A stretch of DNA of 63,990 bases, the filler included, from Caldilineae bacterium (GTDB lineage: Bacteria; Chloroflexota; Anaerolineae; DTLA01), in the NCBI GenBank assembly GCA_037446815.1. It is 11 parts of 11 records of this genome, joined end to end, with 100 filler letters (N's around TTAATTAATTAA, not from the genome) between each part and the next. Parts side by side here need not be neighbours in the genome. Positions count along the whole stretch, not along the records: positions 18,427 to 24,420 come from JBBIHX010000173.1; positions 24,521 to 30,437 come from JBBIHX010000174.1; positions 30,538 to 36,416 come from JBBIHX010000175.1; 8 more parts are not named here. One strand, written 5' to 3'. Under the pieces are notes generated by a model. That model was not told the DNA's origin and did no database searches. It saw only the letters and a program-made list of their open reading frames with translations. Each line of letters starts with the position of its first letter. Position 1 is the stretch's first letter. Made by a program: the position numbers and the translations under genes. Below, in pieces: positions 19,796-32,231 of this stretch.

Positions 19796-21177
19796 TCACC
19801 CTCGCCTTAGAATCTCGCGGGCCACCCACACGCCCGAGGCGGACGCCTGCACCAGCCCCCGCGTTACGCCCGCGCCATCGCCCGCGGCAAACAGGTTGGT
19901 AACGGCGGTTTCTAGGTTCGCGCTCAGTCTCAGCCTGGACGAGTAGAACTTGACCTCCACGCCGTACAACAGCGTGTGGCGCGAATACACGCCTGGGATG
20001 AAATCGTCCATGGCCTTGAGCATCTCCAGGATGTCCACCACGTAGCGGTGGGGCAGGACGAGGGCCAGGTCGCCCGGGCTGGCCTCGCGCAGCGTGGGCG
20101 TAACGATGCTGCGGCTCAGCCGTTCGGGCGTGGAGCGCCGCCCCTGCTCCAAATCGCCCAGGCGCTGGACGATGATCCCCCCGCCGAGAAGGTTCGCCAG
20201 GCTGGCGATGTACTTGCCGTAGGCGATGGGTTCCTTGAACGGCTCGGTGAAGGATTTGCTGACCAGGAGCGCGAAGTTGGTGTTGGCCGTGCGGTGCTCG
20301 GCGTAACTGTGGCCGTTGACGGTGATGACATCGCCCGCGTATTCGGTAACCACTTCGCCATACGGGCAGACGCAGAAGGTGCGCACCTTGTCGTCAAAGG
20401 CTTTGGTGTAGTACAGGAGTTTGGGCTCGTACACGGCATCGGTGAGGGACTCCATGACCGTGGCGGGCAGTTCCACGCGCACGCCCACGTCCACCGGGTT
20501 GTTCTGGAGGCCCAGTTGCAGCTCGTTGGCCCGCTCGGTGAGCCAGGGCGCGCCCTCTCGGCCTGGCGCCACGATGACGTAGCGGCCCAGGATGTCCTCG
20601 CCCTTGGCCGTGGAGACGCCGACGGCGCGCGAGTTCTCGGTGAGGAGGCGCCGCACCTCGGTGCGCAGGCGAATCTCCACGCCGCGCCGCTCCAGTTCCT
20701 CGCGGATGGCCCTCACGACGCCCTGGGCGCGGTCGCTCCCCAGGTGGCGGATGGGCGCGGAGACAAGTTGCAGCCCGGCGCGCGCGGCCTGCTTCGCCAG
20801 GCGCTCGTACACGTCCTGGTCGGTGCCGTACACTTTGTCCGGCGCGCCGAACCGCATCCAGGTCTGATCCACCTCGCGGATGAGTTCCTCCGTGGTGGCG
20901 CGGCCCAGAATGTCGGGCAGTTGGCCGCCGACATCCGGCGACAGCGTCAGTTTCCCGTCGGAGAAGGCGCCCGCGCCGCCCCAACCGGAGACCAATCGGC
21001 ACGGCTTGCATTCCAGGCACTTGCCGCCGTTGATGCGCGACGGGCAGGTGCGTTTGTCCAGCGCAGGCCCCTTGTCCAGGATGAGGATGCTCATTCCCTT
21101 GCGCTGCGATAGTTCCAGCGCGGCGAACATCCCTGCCGGGCCTGCGCCCACGATGACGACATCGTACTGCCGAGAAT

Positions 21178-21181
<4 letters not shown>
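19796..21181 (-). CDS. FAD-dependent oxidoreductase
   Basis: [40 protein letters not shown]. Confidence 0.88.
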
Positions 21182-24090
<2,909 letters not shown>

Positions 24091-24152
24091 TACGCCGTTC
24101 CTCTTGCGGCCCGCGCCCACAGGTAGGACCGCGTCTTGTCTCGCAACTTACC

Positions 24153-24181
24153 ATTTTACCACGTCCGCGCCGCGGGCACAA
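24153..24181 (-). promoter_or_regulatory. sigma70-type promoter of uvrA
   Basis: Minus strand TTGTGC, 17 nt, TGgTAAAAT. Confidence 0.55.
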
Positions 24182-24197
24182 AGTGGAGAACTCGGGC

Positions 24198-24347
24198 GAC
24201 ACGGTTTCAAAGTCTGTTGGTATTTGTCATTGCGAGGGCGCGGAGCGCCCGAAGCAATCTCCGGGGCGTGGGATTGCTTCGCTTCGCTCGCAATGACATA
24301 CGAAGAGAGTGCGCCTACGGTTCACCAACACAAGATGAAGCCGACTC
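24198..24347. mobile_element. complete 150-bp MITE with perfect 8-bp target duplication
   Basis: GACACGGTTTCA...TGAAGCCGACTC flanked by ACTCGGGC at 24190-24197 and 24348-24355. Confidence 0.88.
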
Positions 24348-24355
24348 ACTCGGGC

Positions 24356-24420
24356 GATTCGGTTTCAAAGTCTGTTGGCACCTACCGTCATTCTGAGCGG
24401 CGAAGCCGCGAAGAATCTCG
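24356..24420. mobile_element. second MITE directly after the duplicated target (partial)
   Basis: GATTCGGTTTCAAAGTCTGTTGG then GTCATTCTGAGCGGCGAAGCCGCGAAGAATCTC. Confidence 0.8.
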
Positions 24421-24520
24421 NNNNNNNNNNNNNNNNNNNNNNNNNNNNNNNNNNNNNNNNNNNNTTAATTAATTAANNNNNNNNNNNNNNNNNNNNNNNN
24501 NNNNNNNNNNNNNNNNNNNN

Positions 24521-24885
24521 CGTGCAATCCGCGTTATCCGTGGATGTGGCCGAGCCCTATTCGCGCGGATTCGTGCTATTCGTGGATACCGTCTCGGCCC
24601 TCGGCGGTGAGCAAAGTGGCCGCCATGCGCCTACCCTTAGCGCGGCGGCTTTAGCCCCGCGCGGCCATGCGCGCACAACCCTCACCCTATTCGCGTTCCT
24701 TCGCGGTTCTGGTGCTGTCATTCTGAGCGGCGAAGCCGCGAAGAATCTCCCGCCCGTCCGTGCAATCCGCGTTATCGGTGGATGCAAGCCCCGAGATGCT
24801 TCGCCTTCGGCTCAGCATGACAGGAGGGGGACAACGTGCGACGCACGTTCTATTCGCGCGGATTCGTGTTATTCGTGGATACCGT
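24521..24885. repeat. mosaic intergenic repeat cluster
   Basis: CGTGCAATCCGCGTTATC twice, TATTCGCGCGGATTCGTG(C/T)TATTCGTGGATACCGTC twice, GTCATTCTGAG...CTCAGCATGACA palindrome. Confidence 0.75.
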
Positions 24886-24892
24886 CCCGGGC

Positions 24893-26671
24893 CTATGCGT
24901 CCAACAGATGCGGGGCGAGGTCGGCGGTCGTGGCGAGGATCAAATCGGCGCGCGCCAGGTCATCCAGCATCCCCAGCCCGCACAGCACCCCCACGGCCTG
25001 GGCCCCCGCTGCCTTGGCCGACCGCACGTCCAGCGCCGTGTCGCCCACCATCACCACCTGGGCGGGCGAAAGGCCCAGCGCCTCCGCGGCCTTCCGCACC
25101 GGTTGCGGGTGGGGCTTCAGCCGCCGCACATCCTCACGGGCAATGATCACCTCAAACCGGCCGTCAAAGCCGATCTGCCGCAGGAACGCCAGCGCGTCCT
25201 CGCGGCTTCGGGTCGTTACCACGCCCAGCCGATACCGCTCGCCCAGCCGCTCCAGCATGGGGCCGATGTCATCCACGGGCAGGAAATCCTCGCGCTTGCC
25301 ACGCCACACGGTGCGCAGGGCATCCCGCAGGGCAAACACCACGCCATCCAGCCCGACGTAGTCCAACGCGGTCAGCGCGCCGTTGACCCAGCCCTCGCCG
25401 CCCATGATGAGGTGGCGGAGGAAGGGCTTGGGGTCGCGGTTGCGGAATAGCCAGTCCACGGGCTTCAGTCGCCGCGCCCACGTCTGGATGGCGGCGTCGT
25501 CGCTGTCAATCAGCGTGCCGTCCAGGTCAAAGAGCACCGCCTTCACAACGTCCCGCCGCAACGCCCCAATGGGCGGTTCCGGCGCGGCGGGTTTCGGCTC
25601 CGCCTCGGGGAAAGGCTCCTGGTCCAGCAGTTTCCGGTACACGTACCTCCCGATGACCCGCAGCGTGGCCAGGGTCGGCGCAGCCAGGAAGATGCCCAGC
25701 ACCCCGGCCATGCTCGCGCCCATGAGCACGCCCAGGAGCACCACCAGCGGGTGCAGGTTCAGACTGTAGCCCATGATGCGCGGGACGAGCACGTTGTTCT
25801 CCACCTGCTGGATGAGGACGTACAGCCCGGCCACCAGCACCGCAAACCAGAACGGCGTCAGCGGCAGATAACTGGAGCCGCGCAAGAGCGCCACCAGAAT
25901 CGCGGGCACGGCGGCCAGCGTCGGCCCAACGTTGGGGATGAGTTCCAGAACGCCCGCGATGAGGCCCATCAGCAGCGCATAGGGCAGCCCGACGATGCCC
26001 ATCGTTACGGCCACCGCCGCGCCCACGGCCAAGCACAGGATCACCTGCCCCTGGAAGAACGCCTGCCAGACCCGCAGCACCTCGGCGATGAGCAGGCGCA
26101 TATCCCGCTGGTAGCGCACCGGCGCCAACTCCATCACCTTCTGGCGAATGTACGGCGCGTCCTTCACAAACCAGAACGCCAACACCAGGACGAGGACGAA
26201 CCACGCCAGGCCAGAGGCGACATTCAGGAGCAGGCTCACGGACGACGTGGCGACCGATGAGAGCACGGATTGCAGCGATGTGGACAGTTGCTCGTACAGT
26301 TGGCCCGTCTCAAAGGTGAAGCCCGCGATGACGACGGGGCCTTTGAGGAACGAGATGGCCGCATCCAGCATCTCCTGGATGTTCAGGTTGAGCCCCCGCA
26401 CCTGATCCACCAGCGCGGGGATGATGAGGATGGGCGCGAGGGCGATGAGGCCCAGCAGGACGAGCAGGACCACCAGCGCCGCCAATGTGCGGGGCACGCG
26501 CAGCCTGCGGTGCAAGAACGACACGGCAGGGTTCAGCACGTAGGCGAGGATAAGCGCCAGCACAACCGGCGTGAGGATGCGCCGGAACTGGTAGAACGCC
26601 ACAGCGGCGAGGACGATGATCCCCGCCAAGACCCACTGCTTTGTCCTGTCGCTCCACTTCTGCTCGGCCAT
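24893..26671 (-). CDS. AI-2E family transporter fused to a HAD-superfamily hydrolase
   Basis: LELIPNVGP, QQVENNVLVPRIMG, LHPL (AI-2E); FDLDGTLIDS, KPHP, VGDT (HAD). Confidence 0.88.
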   Translation of the reverse strand: MAEQKWSDRTKQWVLAGIIVLAAVAFYQFRRILTPVVLALILAYVLNPAVSFLHRRLRVPRTLAALVVLLVLLGLIALAPILIIPALVDQVRGLNLNIQEMLDAAISFLKGPVVIAGFTFETGQLYEQLSTSLQSVLSSVATSSVSLLLNVASGLAWFVLVLVLAFWFVKDAPYIRQKVMELAPVRYQRDMRLLIAEVLRVWQAFFQGQVILCLAVGAAVAVTMGIVGLPYALLMGLIAGVLELIPNVGPTLAAVPAILVALLRGSSYLPLTPFWFAVLVAGLYVLIQQVENNVLVPRIMGYSLNLHPLVVLLGVLMGASMAGVLGIFLAAPTLATLRVIGRYVYRKLLDQEPFPEAEPKPAAPEPPIGALRRDVVKAVLFDLDGTLIDSDDAAIQTWARRLKPVDWLFRNRDPKPFLRHLIMGGEGWVNGALTALDYVGLDGVVFALRDALRTVWRGKREDFLPVDDIGPMLERLGERYRLGVVTTRSREDALAFLRQIGFDGRFEVIIAREDVRRLKPHPQPVRKAAEALGLSPAQVVMVGDTALDVRSAKAAGAQAVGVLCGLGMLDDLARADLILATTADLAPHLLDA

Positions 26672-26731
26672 GCGAACTCACTGGAGGTAGCACAAGCGCC
26701 CACCATGGGGCGGGCGCTTGAGATTCATCGC

Positions 26732-27310
26732 TTAGTCCACGAACCCGATGGCGTTGGGCGGCCAGTAGGAAAGCCACGCATGTCCCACGATATTGTCCAG
26801 CGGCACCGGCCCGAAGGCGCGGGAATCGTTGCTGTACGCGCGGTTGTCGCCGAGGACGAACACGTGTCCCTCGGGCACCACCAGCGGGGCCATCTGCCCG
26901 GCCGTCGGCTGGGTCAGGTACGGCTCGTCCAGCGGCTGGCCGTCAACCCACACGGCGCCGTCGCGAATCTCCACCGTCTCGCCCGGAAGCGCGATGACGC
27001 GCTTGATGAGCAACTCGGAGGGGTCGCGGGGCAACCGCAGCACCACCACATCGCCGCGCCTGGGCAGGTGGAACCGATACGACAGTTTCTCCACCACGAT
27101 GCGCTGGTCGGTGTGCAGGTTCGGCTCCATGCTCTGGCCGAAGACCCGCGTGGCCTGGGCCAGGAACAGGTTGATGACCAGCGCCAGCAGCACCGCCGGC
27201 AGGATGGTCTCCAGCAGTTCGCGGACCCAGGATGTCCCGCCGCTCTGCGGGCGCGGTTCGGGTGTCGGTTCGGGCGCCGATTCGGACATGTGCGGAACGT
27301 TGTCTTCCAT
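26732..27310 (-). CDS. lepB: signal peptidase I
   Basis: QSMEPNL, LIKRVIALPGE, FVLGDNRAYSNDSR. Confidence 0.93.
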   Translation of the reverse strand: MEDNVPHMSESAPEPTPEPRPQSGGTSWVRELLETILPAVLLALVINLFLAQATRVFGQSMEPNLHTDQRIVVEKLSYRFHLPRRGDVVVLRLPRDPSELLIKRVIALPGETVEIRDGAVWVDGQPLDEPYLTQPTAGQMAPLVVPEGHVFVLGDNRAYSNDSRAFGPVPLDNIVGHAWLSYWPPNAIGFVD

Positions 27311-27316
27311 GCGCGT

Positions 27317-29515
27317 CTATCGCCTCTGCGGGGGCTTTCCGCCGCGGCGGTCTCCGCCAGGGCGTCCGCGGTCGCCGCCGGGCCTGGGGCCGCCGCTGGG
27401 CTTGCGGTCGCGCGCCCGGGCCTCTTCCGCAGTCCAACCTTCCAGCACTGCCTGCCGCGACAACTTGATCTTGCCGTCTTTGTCTATGTCAATGACCATG
27501 ACCATGATCTCGTCGCCGACCTTGACCACATCCTCCACGCTGGGGACGCGGTAATCGGCCAACTGCGAGATGTGCACCAAACCATCGGTCCCGGGCAGAA
27601 TCTCCACAAAGGCGCCGAAGTCCGTGGTACGGACGACTTTGCCGGTGTAGATTTTGCCGATGGTGGCCTCTTCGGTCAGGGCGCGCACCATGCGCTCGGC
27701 CTCCATGCCGCCGGGCCCTTCCAGCGCCGAGATGTACACGGTGCCGTCTTCTTCCACGTCAATCTTCGCGCCGGTTTGCTCCTGGATGCTGCGGATGGTC
27801 TTGCCGCCCGGGCCGATGAGCGCGCCGATCTTCTCCTGCGGGATCTTCACCATGACGATGCGCGGCGCGAAGGGCGACAGGCTGGAGCGCGGCTTGTCTA
27901 TGACCTCCAGCATCTTGTCCAGGATGTACATGCGGGCCTCGTAGGCCTGCTGCAGCGCCTGCTCCAGGATGTTGTAGTCCAGACCCTTGATCTTGATGTC
28001 CATCTGCAGGGCCGTTACCCCGTCGCGGGTTCCGGCCACCTTGAAGTCCATGTCTCCCAGGTGGTCTTCCATGCCCAGGATGTCGGTGAGCACCGCGTAG
28101 CGATCGCCTTCCTTGATGAGGCCCATGGCGACGCCGGCCACGGGCGCCTTGATGGGCACGCCGGTGTCCATCAGCGCCAGCGTGCTGCCGCAGACCGACG
28201 CCATGGACGTGGAGCCGTTGGACGAAAGGACTTCGGACACCAAGCGGATGGTGTACGGGAACTGCTCCTGGGATGGGATGACCGGAACCAGCGCGCGCTC
28301 GGCCAACGCGCCGTGGCCGATTTCGCGGCGGCCCGGCCCACGCAGGGGCCGCACCTCGCCGGTGCTGTAGGGCGGGAAGTTGTAATGGTGCATGTACCGC
28401 TTGGCGCCGACGGTCCCCACGGTGTCCAGGATTTGCTCATCGGCGCTGGTGCCCAGCGTGGCGATGGTGAGCACCTGCGTCTCGCCGCGCGTGAACAGGC
28501 CGGAGCCATGGGCGCGGGGCAGCAGCCCCACCTGGCAGGATATCGGGCGAATCTCGCGAACACCGCGCCCGTCCACGCGCACGCCCTTGTCCAACACCTG
28601 GGCACGCATGGCGGCGCGCAGTGTCTCCTCAAACACCTCTTTGACATCGGCGGCGACAAACTGCTCGCCAGCCTTCTCCACCAGTTCCGCCGCCAGGTTG
28701 TCAATGGCGGTGTTGCGCTCTTCCTTGGTCAGGCCCGCCGTCAGAATCTGCTGAACGCGGTCGCCGATTTGCTCCAGCGTCCACTGGCGCGTTTCCTCGG
28801 GCACGACGTGCAGCGCAAACTCGCGCTTGGGCTTACCAATGGCCGTCGCCATCGCGTTCTGCATGCGGATGACATCCTGCATGGCCTCGTGGCCCAGGCG
28901 GATGGCCTCCAGCATCAGGCTTTCGGGCACCTCGTCGGCGCCGGCCTCCACCATGAGGACGGCATCGGCCGTGCCCGCGAGGCGCAGGTCCATCTCGCTG
29001 TTCGCCATCTCGGTGGCGGTGGGGTTGAAGACGAAGCGGCCGTCAATGTACCCCACGCGCACCGCGCCCACCGGCCCCTGGAACGGGATGTCCGAGATGG
29101 TCAGGGCCGCCGACGCGCCGATGATGGAAAGGATGTCCAGATAGTTCTCCTGGTCGGCGGACAGGGCCGTAACGATAATCTGCACATCGTTGCGGAAGCC
29201 CTTGGGGAACAGGGGACGCAAGGGGCGGTCGGTCAAGCGACACAGGAGAATGGCCTCCTCTGAGGGTTTGCCCTCGCGCTTGAAGAACCCGCCGGGGATG
29301 CGACCGGCTGCGTAGAGCCGCTCCTCATAGTCCACGGTGAGGGGGAAGAAGTCCACGCCCTCGCGGGGCTCTTTAGATGCGGTGGCCGTCGCCAGGATCA
29401 TGGTGTCGCCGCAGCGCACGGTAACGGCGCCGCCGGCCTGCTGGGCGAGCAGCCCCGTTTCCACGATGATGTCGTGCTCGCCCAACTTCGCTGTGAATCT
29501 GTGTACTGTATTCAA
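27317..29515 (-). CDS. pnp: polyribonucleotide nucleotidyltransferase
   Basis: [39 protein letters not shown] and S1 domains; TTG start after GGAGG. Confidence 0.97.
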   Translation of the reverse strand: MNTVHRFTAKLGEHDIIVETGLLAQQAGGAVTVRCGDTMILATATASKEPREGVDFFPLTVDYEERLYAAGRIPGGFFKREGKPSEEAILLCRLTDRPLRPLFPKGFRNDVQIIVTALSADQENYLDILSIIGASAALTISDIPFQGPVGAVRVGYIDGRFVFNPTATEMANSEMDLRLAGTADAVLMVEAGADEVPESLMLEAIRLGHEAMQDVIRMQNAMATAIGKPKREFALHVVPEETRQWTLEQIGDRVQQILTAGLTKEERNTAIDNLAAELVEKAGEQFVAADVKEVFEETLRAAMRAQVLDKGVRVDGRGVREIRPISCQVGLLPRAHGSGLFTRGETQVLTIATLGTSADEQILDTVGTVGAKRYMHHYNFPPYSTGEVRPLRGPGRREIGHGALAERALVPVIPSQEQFPYTIRLVSEVLSSNGSTSMASVCGSTLALMDTGVPIKAPVAGVAMGLIKEGDRYAVLTDILGMEDHLGDMDFKVAGTRDGVTALQMDIKIKGLDYNILEQALQQAYEARMYILDKMLEVIDKPRSSLSPFAPRIVMVKIPQEKIGALIGPGGKTIRSIQEQTGAKIDVEEDGTVYISALEGPGGMEAERMVRALTEEATIGKIYTGKVVRTTDFGAFVEILPGTDGLVHISQLADYRVPSVEDVVKVGDEIMVMVIDIDKDGKIKLSRQAVLEGWTAEEARARDRKPSGGPRPGGDRGRPGGDRRGGKPPQRR

Positions 29516-29688
29516 TTCAAACCTCCGTAGTTTGCCGGGTACGGAGGTCAGGGACTGGGGACTATCTCCCAACCTGTGAGAGGCACTCCCCAATTCCTGT
29601 ACCATCCGCCCCGGCGATGAAATGCGTCAGGGTTTTGGCTGTCCGTGAGACGCTAGAATCTTTCTACACCTCCTGCGCTAGAATGTCA

Positions 29689-29724
29689 AACGAGTAGATG
29701 CTGGATGATGCTCATCTACTCGTT
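29689..29724. promoter_or_regulatory. 12-bp stem-loop between rpsO and pnp
   Basis: AACGAGTAGATG / CATCTACTCGTT. Confidence 0.5.
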
Positions 29725-29758
29725 CCGCTTGAACGTATAGAGAGATGACCGGCGCCAT

Positions 29759-30028
29759 CTACTTGCGCAAGCCAAGCCGATCCACAATCGCGCGGTAGCG
29801 ATTGATATCCTTGCGGCTCAGGTAGGCCAAATGGCGACGCCTCTGCCCAACCAGTTTCAGGAGCCCGCGCCTGGAGTGCTCGTCATGCTTGTGCACTTTC
29901 AGGTGCTCAATCAACTGGTTGATGCGCGTGGTCAGCAGCGCAATCTGCACCTCGGGCGAACCGGTGTCCGCCGGGTGCATGTGATACTGCTGGATGATGC
30001 TGTCCTTCTCCGACTTCGTGAGCGGCAC
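29759..30028 (-). CDS. rpsO: 30S ribosomal protein S15
   Basis: [34 protein letters not shown] start after AAGGAGG. Confidence 0.98.
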   Translation of the reverse strand: MPLTKSEKDSIIQQYHMHPADTGSPEVQIALLTTRINQLIEHLKVHKHDEHSRRGLLKLVGQRRRHLAYLSRKDINRYRAIVDRLGLRK

Positions 30029-30077
30029 GCTGTCCTCCTTAACGCTCATTGCTCAACTCAAAACCCTTTCCGGCCGC

Positions 30078-30106
30078 ATTATATCACACTTGAACCGACC
30101 GCGCAA
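30078..30106 (-). promoter_or_regulatory. sigma70-type promoter of rpsO-pnp
   Basis: Minus strand TTGCGC, 17 nt, TGaTATAAT. Confidence 0.7.
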
Positions 30107-30157
30107 ATCTCGCGTGGTGTGGAGGGCATGCGCGCCTTCAAGGCTTGGTCGGGCTTG

Positions 30158-30437
30158 CTGTCATCTGAGCGGCGGAGGTGCGAAGAATCTCGTAGAGCAA
30201 ACTGGCAATTGCTCTACTTTGCCCCATCCGCGCAATCCGTGTCATCCGTGGATACCACCCTGGAGATGCTTCGGGCTGCTCTCTCGCTATGACGCATGGG
30301 AAAGAACGTGCGACGCACTTTCGGAAGTGCGTCGCACGTGAATGCCCTCACCCCGGCCCTCTCCGGCGGGCGAGGGAGCGACGCCCTCACCCCGGCCCTC
30401 TCCGGCGGGCGAGGGAGCGACGCCCTCACCCCGGCCC
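30158..30437. repeat. repeat cluster including a 39-nt tandem repeat
   Basis: GCCCTCACCCCGGCCCTCTCCGGCGGGCGAGGGAGCGAC at 30344, 30383 and 30422 (partial); GTGCGACGCACTT...AAGTGCGTCGCAC palindrome. Confidence 0.8.
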
Positions 30438-30539
30438 NNNNNNNNNNNNNNNNNNNNNNNNNNNNNNNNNNNNNNNNNNNNTTAATTAATTAANNNNNNN
30501 NNNNNNNNNNNNNNNNNNNNNNNNNNNNNNNNNNNNNCG

Positions 30540-32153
30540 ACCGTCCCTCAGCCGCCGGCTGCTCCCCCGACGGCCACGCCGACCACGACGCCTCCTCACA
30601 CTGCGACCCCGACGGCCACCGCGACGAACACTCCGCCGGCTACCCCGACGAAGCCGGCGGGCACGGATCCCGCGCCTACCCCGACGTTCACGCCGACCCG
30701 CACGGCGACCGCGACATATACGCCCACCGCGACGCCTACACGGACGGCCAGCGCAACGCCGACCGCCACGCCGCCGTGCCCGGGCATCGCGCCTGACCCT
30801 TACGAGCCTGACAACGTTGCCAGCCTGGCCAGCGGGATTCTCGTGGATGGGTCGGCGCAGGCGCACACGTTCCACTACGGGAGCGATGTGGACTGGATAC
30901 GGTTCAACGCGGTCGCAGGCAACGAGTACGTGATAGAGACCTTCGGACTGTATGGCGGCGCGGACACCGTCATCACGCTGTACGGCCCCGACATGGCCCT
31001 GCTGGCGACGAACGATGACGCGAACGGGAAGGAATCCGCAATCTCGTTCACGGCGGCCGTAACCGGCACGTACTACGTCAAGATTCAGACCAAGAACGTG
31101 CACCTCCTGCTGTGCGAGAACGGGTACAGGGTCCGCGTAACCCAGTTCGCGCCTCAGGGTGTATGCGCGTGCGTGGACTGGATTGTGTTCCTGAGCAACC
31201 GCGACGGCAACTGGGAATTGTACCGTGTGGACACGGCCAACAACAATGTGATTCGCCTGACCAACGATGCGGGTGTGGACATCGCCCCCGCTCGGTCGGC
31301 GGATGGCTCCTGGGTGGCCTTCCAGTCCAACCGAACCGGCCTCTGGAACATCTACCGCGTGGACGCCTTCGGGCAGGGGCTGCTCCAACTTACTGCCAAC
31401 GCCGGCAACAATACCGACCCTGTCTGGACGGCGGATTGCGGCTCCTCGCAAATCGCCTTCCAGTCGGACCGCGATGGGAACTGGGAAATCTACATCATGG
31501 ACGAGAACGGGAACGGTCAGACGCGGCTCACGGAGCACCCTGCGGCCGATGAGGATCCGTTCTGGTCTCCGGATGGGTTCCACATCGTGTTCAAGTCCAA
31601 CCGCAACGGCAACTGGGACCTGTACAGGGTTGACATAACGGGCACCGAATTGGTGCAACTCACCAGCGCGCCGTCTGATGAGGTTGACCCGGTGTACTCG
31701 CCCGATGGCCGGTACATCGCCTTCCGCTCCAACCGCGAGGGGCAGTGGAACGTGTATGTGATGCCCGCGGAGGGCGGCAGCGCAGTCAAGGTGAGCGCGG
31801 CGGGCAACAATCTGAACGCCGTGTGGTCGCCGGACAGCCGGTATCTGGCGTATCAGTCCGATCGGAACGGTCAGAATGACATCTACGTAGCGGACGTGGC
31901 CGCGGGCGCCGAGGTTCGCGTAACCGAGCACCCGGCCGCTGATGAAGCGCCGGCCTGGGACTGCAACAGCACCCGCGTGGTGTTCCAGTCCAAGCGGGGC
32001 GAAAACTGGGACCTGTACGTGGCGGATGTCTTCGGCGGGGGCGCGCCGGTGCAGTTGACCAACCACCCGCGCGTTGATGCCTACCCGATGTGGAATCCGG
32101 CCGAAGAGGATGCGAGCCTGGCCGGGCTGGGAGTCCTTCTCGGAAACCGCTAG
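30540..32153 (+). CDS. surface protein fragment: Thr/Pro linker, PPC-like domain, TolB-like PD40 propeller (5' truncated)
   Basis: Frame open from the contig start; DPYEPDN, DVDWIRF, GTYYVKI; repeats of AFQSDRDGNWEIY and PxWSPDG. Confidence 0.85.
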   Translation, partial: TVPQPPAAPPTATPTTTPPHTATPTATATNTPPATPTKPAGTDPAPTPTFTPTRTATATYTPTATPTRTASATPTATPPCPGIAPDPYEPDNVASLASGILVDGSAQAHTFHYGSDVDWIRFNAVAGNEYVIETFGLYGGADTVITLYGPDMALLATNDDANGKESAISFTAAVTGTYYVKIQTKNVHLLLCENGYRVRVTQFAPQGVCACVDWIVFLSNRDGNWELYRVDTANNNVIRLTNDAGVDIAPARSADGSWVAFQSNRTGLWNIYRVDAFGQGLLQLTANAGNNTDPVWTADCGSSQIAFQSDRDGNWEIYIMDENGNGQTRLTEHPAADEDPFWSPDGFHIVFKSNRNGNWDLYRVDITGTELVQLTSAPSDEVDPVYSPDGRYIAFRSNREGQWNVYVMPAEGGSAVKVSAAGNNLNAVWSPDSRYLAYQSDRNGQNDIYVADVAAGAEVRVTEHPAADEAPAWDCNSTRVVFQSKRGENWDLYVADVFGGGAPVQLTNHPRVDAYPMWNPAEEDASLAGLGVLLGNR

Positions 32154-32179
32154 GCAACGCATTCACCGGTGCTACACAC

Positions 32180-32212
32180 AAAAAGCAGCCCTCCGATTCG
32201 GAGGGCTGCTTT
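32180..32212. terminator. bidirectional intrinsic terminator
   Basis: AAAAAGCAGCCCTCCGA-T-TCGGAGGGCTGCTTT between convergent genes. Confidence 0.85.
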
Positions 32213-32231
32213 GCTTTGCGATTTCGCCGCC

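Noticed and set aside
24091..24197. LexA box upstream of uvrA
   Set aside because: No GAAC-N4-GTTC or CTGT-N8-ACAG match seen.
26270..29263. Long antisense ORFs (997 aa here; also 21385-24126, 38871-41537, 10128-12266, 6688-8205)
   Set aside because: Shadows of real high-GC3 genes on the opposite strand, with no recognisable motifs.
30344..30437. CRISPR array (39-nt repeats)
   Set aside because: Head-to-tail identical units without spacers; part of the dispersed CCCTCACCCC family.
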